From assembly GCA_028278085.1 (NCBI GenBank), contig JANQFB010000055.1:3806-67805 (forward strand): a DNA stretch of 64,000 nt. The letters are read 5' to 3'. Positions within the stretch are counted from its first letter, which is position 1. Every line of letters begins with the position of its first letter. Source of the stretch: Chitinophagales bacterium. Its GTDB lineage: Bacteria; Bacteroidota; Bacteroidia; Chitinophagales; JANQFB01. Shown one piece after another: positions 61,818 to 64,000 of the stretch. The notes below the pieces were generated by a model. That model searched no databases, was not told the DNA's origin, and saw only the letters and a program-made list of their open reading frames with translations. The position numbers and the translations under genes are program-made.

Positions 61818-62324
61818 TCAATATATTTTTTGCCCCTTTACGAGCCATTTCGACCACGACCGGTCATAGGTATGTACTTTGGTGGTCACGGAATCCCGGG
61901 CGTCATACACCTGGTATCCCCGATTAACCCATTCGAAAATGCCGCCATACAAGTTATAAACAGGCGAATATCCCATTTTCAGAAGCTTTTCTCCGATCTT
62001 TTCGCTGCGATAACCTACGGTACAGTAGGTGACAATAGGTGTGTTTTCCGGTAGGTTTTCGACCGAAGTCTTACGGAATTTATCATAGTTGACAAATGTT
62101 GCGCCGGGCAGGCGGGAAACCTCAAATTCTTCCGGGCTGCGCGTATCCAATATTACCACGTTACTATCCGCCTCCATTAAAGCCATGAGGCTGTCAGCCC
62201 GGATCACCGGAACGGTATGGCTGTAAAGGGAAGCCAGCTCCTGGTAATAAGCGGCCGTAGATTGCGCAGGTCCGCTTATCGAAAGACATATACCCAGGAA
62301 CAAAAGGATCATCCGGTAAAACAT
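61818..62324 (-). CDS. Rhodanese-like sulfurtransferase domain protein (secreted)
   Basis: Signal peptide. Contains 'VILDTRSPEEFEVSRLPGA' and the active-site loop 'YCTVGYRS'. Confidence 0.75.
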   Translation of the reverse strand: MFYRMILLFLGICLSISGPAQSTAAYYQELASLYSHTVPVIRADSLMALMEADSNVVILDTRSPEEFEVSRLPGATFVNYDKFRKTSVENLPENTPIVTYCTVGYRSEKIGEKLLKMGYSPVYNLYGGIFEWVNRGYQVYDARDSVTTKVHTYDRSWSKWLVKGQKIY

Positions 62325-62456
62325 AGCTTAAAATTATGGAAAAAAAGAACTCCCCGGTCGGGTCCACTTATCCAAGTAACCGGGGAGTTCCGTTCCTTTA
62401 AGCATCCCAGTGGCTGTTCAGAAAGTCAAAACAGCGCTCTCCACATCATCAGGGTG

Positions 62457-64000
62457 TTATTTGCTTAATTGGAACTTGAATGGGAGGGTGAAAGAGGTTT
62501 CGACCGCTTTCCCTTGCCGCAATCCCGGCTGCCACCTCGGCATCAGCTTCAATACCCGGATCGCTTCTTTGGTCAATGACTCACCGGGGCTTCTGAGCAC
62601 TTCTATATCCTTGATCTTTCCGGTTTTATCGACCGTAAACTTCAAATACACCGTGCCTTCTATCCGGTTCAAACGGGCTTCTTCGGGGTACTTCATTTCC
62701 TTTATGATAAAACTCATTAGCGCTTCCCGGCCGCCCGGAAATTCAGGCATTTTTTCTACGACCGCAAATTTCTCATGGCTACCGTCGGCATCTTCCATAT
62801 CATCCATGGAGATGGCTTCCGGCTCGGAGGCCTCTGTGGCTGGGGAAATGGATAAGAAAAAATCTTCTTTTCTATCGACCTTTTTCGACCGGTAAACCTT
62901 ACTGGCACTTCCCATTAATCCCCTGCCACCAGCACTGCCGCCGACCGCATGATCCGAAACGCCTTCGGGCAAGGGTAAGGGTTGTTTGACATGGCTAAGG
63001 GCGCCGCTTTTGTTCCTGACCTCAGAGTCGATGGCTACAAAGGAAGTATAGGCGGTCAATAAATTATAATCCAGGCCTAATTGTGTGATCTCCTGTTTTC
63101 TTTCGGGGTTCATTTGCAAGCGGTTATAATCGTCGAGGATCTTGATCCTTTCCCTGGCCCACAAGTACCTCAGGGCCTGGTGGTCGGGTCTGGGCTGAAC
63201 CGCTCCGGCATCCACGGTTTGGCTATAAGCGCCCCGGCCGCCGGCCCCGGTTAACTTAACCCTGCCGGATGCTTTACCCCGGTACTTGCCATAAACGATC
63301 ACCGGTCTTTCGGCAAGCATATCCGGGATCGATGCAGGTTCCAGGTCATAAACATCCATGCCGCCGAAATCGATACCGATATCCGTCAATACCGGGGAAC
63401 TGATATATTCCCGGAGTTTATCCGCTTTCCTCGTAGCTTCGGATTCGTTGGTAACGATCAGGGGTTCTCCCGATCCGACATGAGCCATTCCCTCGATGAT
63501 GTACCGGTTAACACTCGAACCGATACCCAGGGCAAAGAAATTAGCCTCCGACAAATTGTTCCGGATCAGGTCAAAAGCCTCCTGTTCCACATGCACATAG
63601 CCATCGGTGGCAATGATAAATGTCCTGGAATATCCTTGGGTTTGCTCCATATTCAAGGCCGTTTCCAGGGCCGGCATTAATTGTGTGCCTCCGCTGCCTC
63701 TTTGTTGGTCGATGATCTTAATTGCGCGTTGGATATTTGCTGGTGTGGCCGGCAAAGAGGCAGGTGACATCACCGTATTTCCACCCGCAAATAATACCAC
63801 ATTAAAGCGATCGACCGGACGTAAATTGCCGATCAGGTCTTTTAGCAGCTTTTTGGATACCTTGAGCGGAAATCCGTTCATCGATCCGGATACATCGACG
63901 ATAAAAACATATTCCCTGGGCGGTATTTGAGCCGGTGTGACCTTGGCCGGCGGTTGAACCATCAGTAAAAAATGGTTTTCCTTTTCCCCTTCATACAATA
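62457..64000 (-). CDS. VWA-domain protein (probably VIT-VWA) fused to a C-terminal TonB domain; N-terminus off-window
   Basis: The VWA MIDAS region is 'YVFIVDVSGSMNG'. The C-terminal TonB_C-like region is 'VEKMPEFPGGREALMSFIIKEMKYPEEARLNRIEGTVYLKFTVDKTGKI'. The frame stays open to the window edge. Confidence 0.75.
   Translation of the reverse strand, partial: LYEGEKENHFLLMVQPPAKVTPAQIPPREYVFIVDVSGSMNGFPLKVSKKLLKDLIGNLRPVDRFNVVLFAGGNTVMSPASLPATPANIQRAIKIIDQQRGSGGTQLMPALETALNMEQTQGYSRTFIIATDGYVHVEQEAFDLIRNNLSEANFFALGIGSSVNRYIIEGMAHVGSGEPLIVTNESEATRKADKLREYISSPVLTDIGIDFGGMDVYDLEPASIPDMLAERPVIVYGKYRGKASGRVKLTGAGGRGAYSQTVDAGAVQPRPDHQALRYLWARERIKILDDYNRLQMNPERKQEITQLGLDYNLLTAYTSFVAIDSEVRNKSGALSHVKQPLPLPEGVSDHAVGGSAGGRGLMGSASKVYRSKKVDRKEDFFLSISPATEASEPEAISMDDMEDADGSHEKFAVVEKMPEFPGGREALMSFIIKEMKYPEEARLNRIEGTVYLKFTVDKTGKIKDIEVLRSPGESLTKEAIRVLKLMPRWQPGLRQGKAVETSFTLPFKFQLSK

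Noticed and set aside
1-64000. I searched for mobile elements, integrases, tRNA or rRNA genes, CRISPR arrays and defence-system genes.
   Set aside because: No ORF translation shows transposase, integrase, recombinase, nuclease or helicase motifs. No intergenic region has tRNA-like or rRNA-like sequence or short direct repeat/spacer arrays. I therefore called none.

Overview
This window looks like a Bacteroidota chromosome segment from a gliding organism with a type IX secretion system (T9SS): it has gldC, PorP/SprF genes and many T9SS C-terminal sorting domains. I found no rRNA, tRNA, CRISPR array, transposase or integrase. About 39 protein-coding genes are supportable. From left to right they are:
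- a partial arsenosugar-type cluster (DUF2064 glycosyltransferase-like, ArsM, AhpD-like peroxidase);
- four tandem paralogous T9SS cargo genes of about 720 aa on the minus strand;
- three cassettes of a type-B-CTD cargo followed by PorP/SprF, two of which are followed by a PorE-like TPR/propeller/CRD/OmpA gene. One of those is a 1750-aa giant with nine exactly in-register 354-nt repeats and two OmpA domains;
- a YfiR-like/TPR/HAMP-PAS-SpoIIE signalling block;
- housekeeping genes (tag, pcm, proC, gldC, glycoside hydrolases);
- an FAD-oxidoreductase / SpoIIE sensor / polyferredoxin operon;
- a PKD/GEVED T9SS protein;
- two DUF547 paralogs flanking a start-less beta-barrel-like ORF and a 5-repeat T9SS cargo;
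- a VWA-TonB_C fusion running off the right edge.

The points most worth a second look are:
- the inflated PorE-like protein;
- a paralog pair with one passenger domain but different T9SS sorting-domain types (A and B);
- a dnaX-type A_AAA_AAG slippery site that joins DUF547 to the start-less ORF;
- a 90-nt heptamer-built palindrome in a divergent intergenic region;
- an esterase gene with no canonical start codon.

All calls come from reading the translations and sequence by eye. No database search or computation was run.
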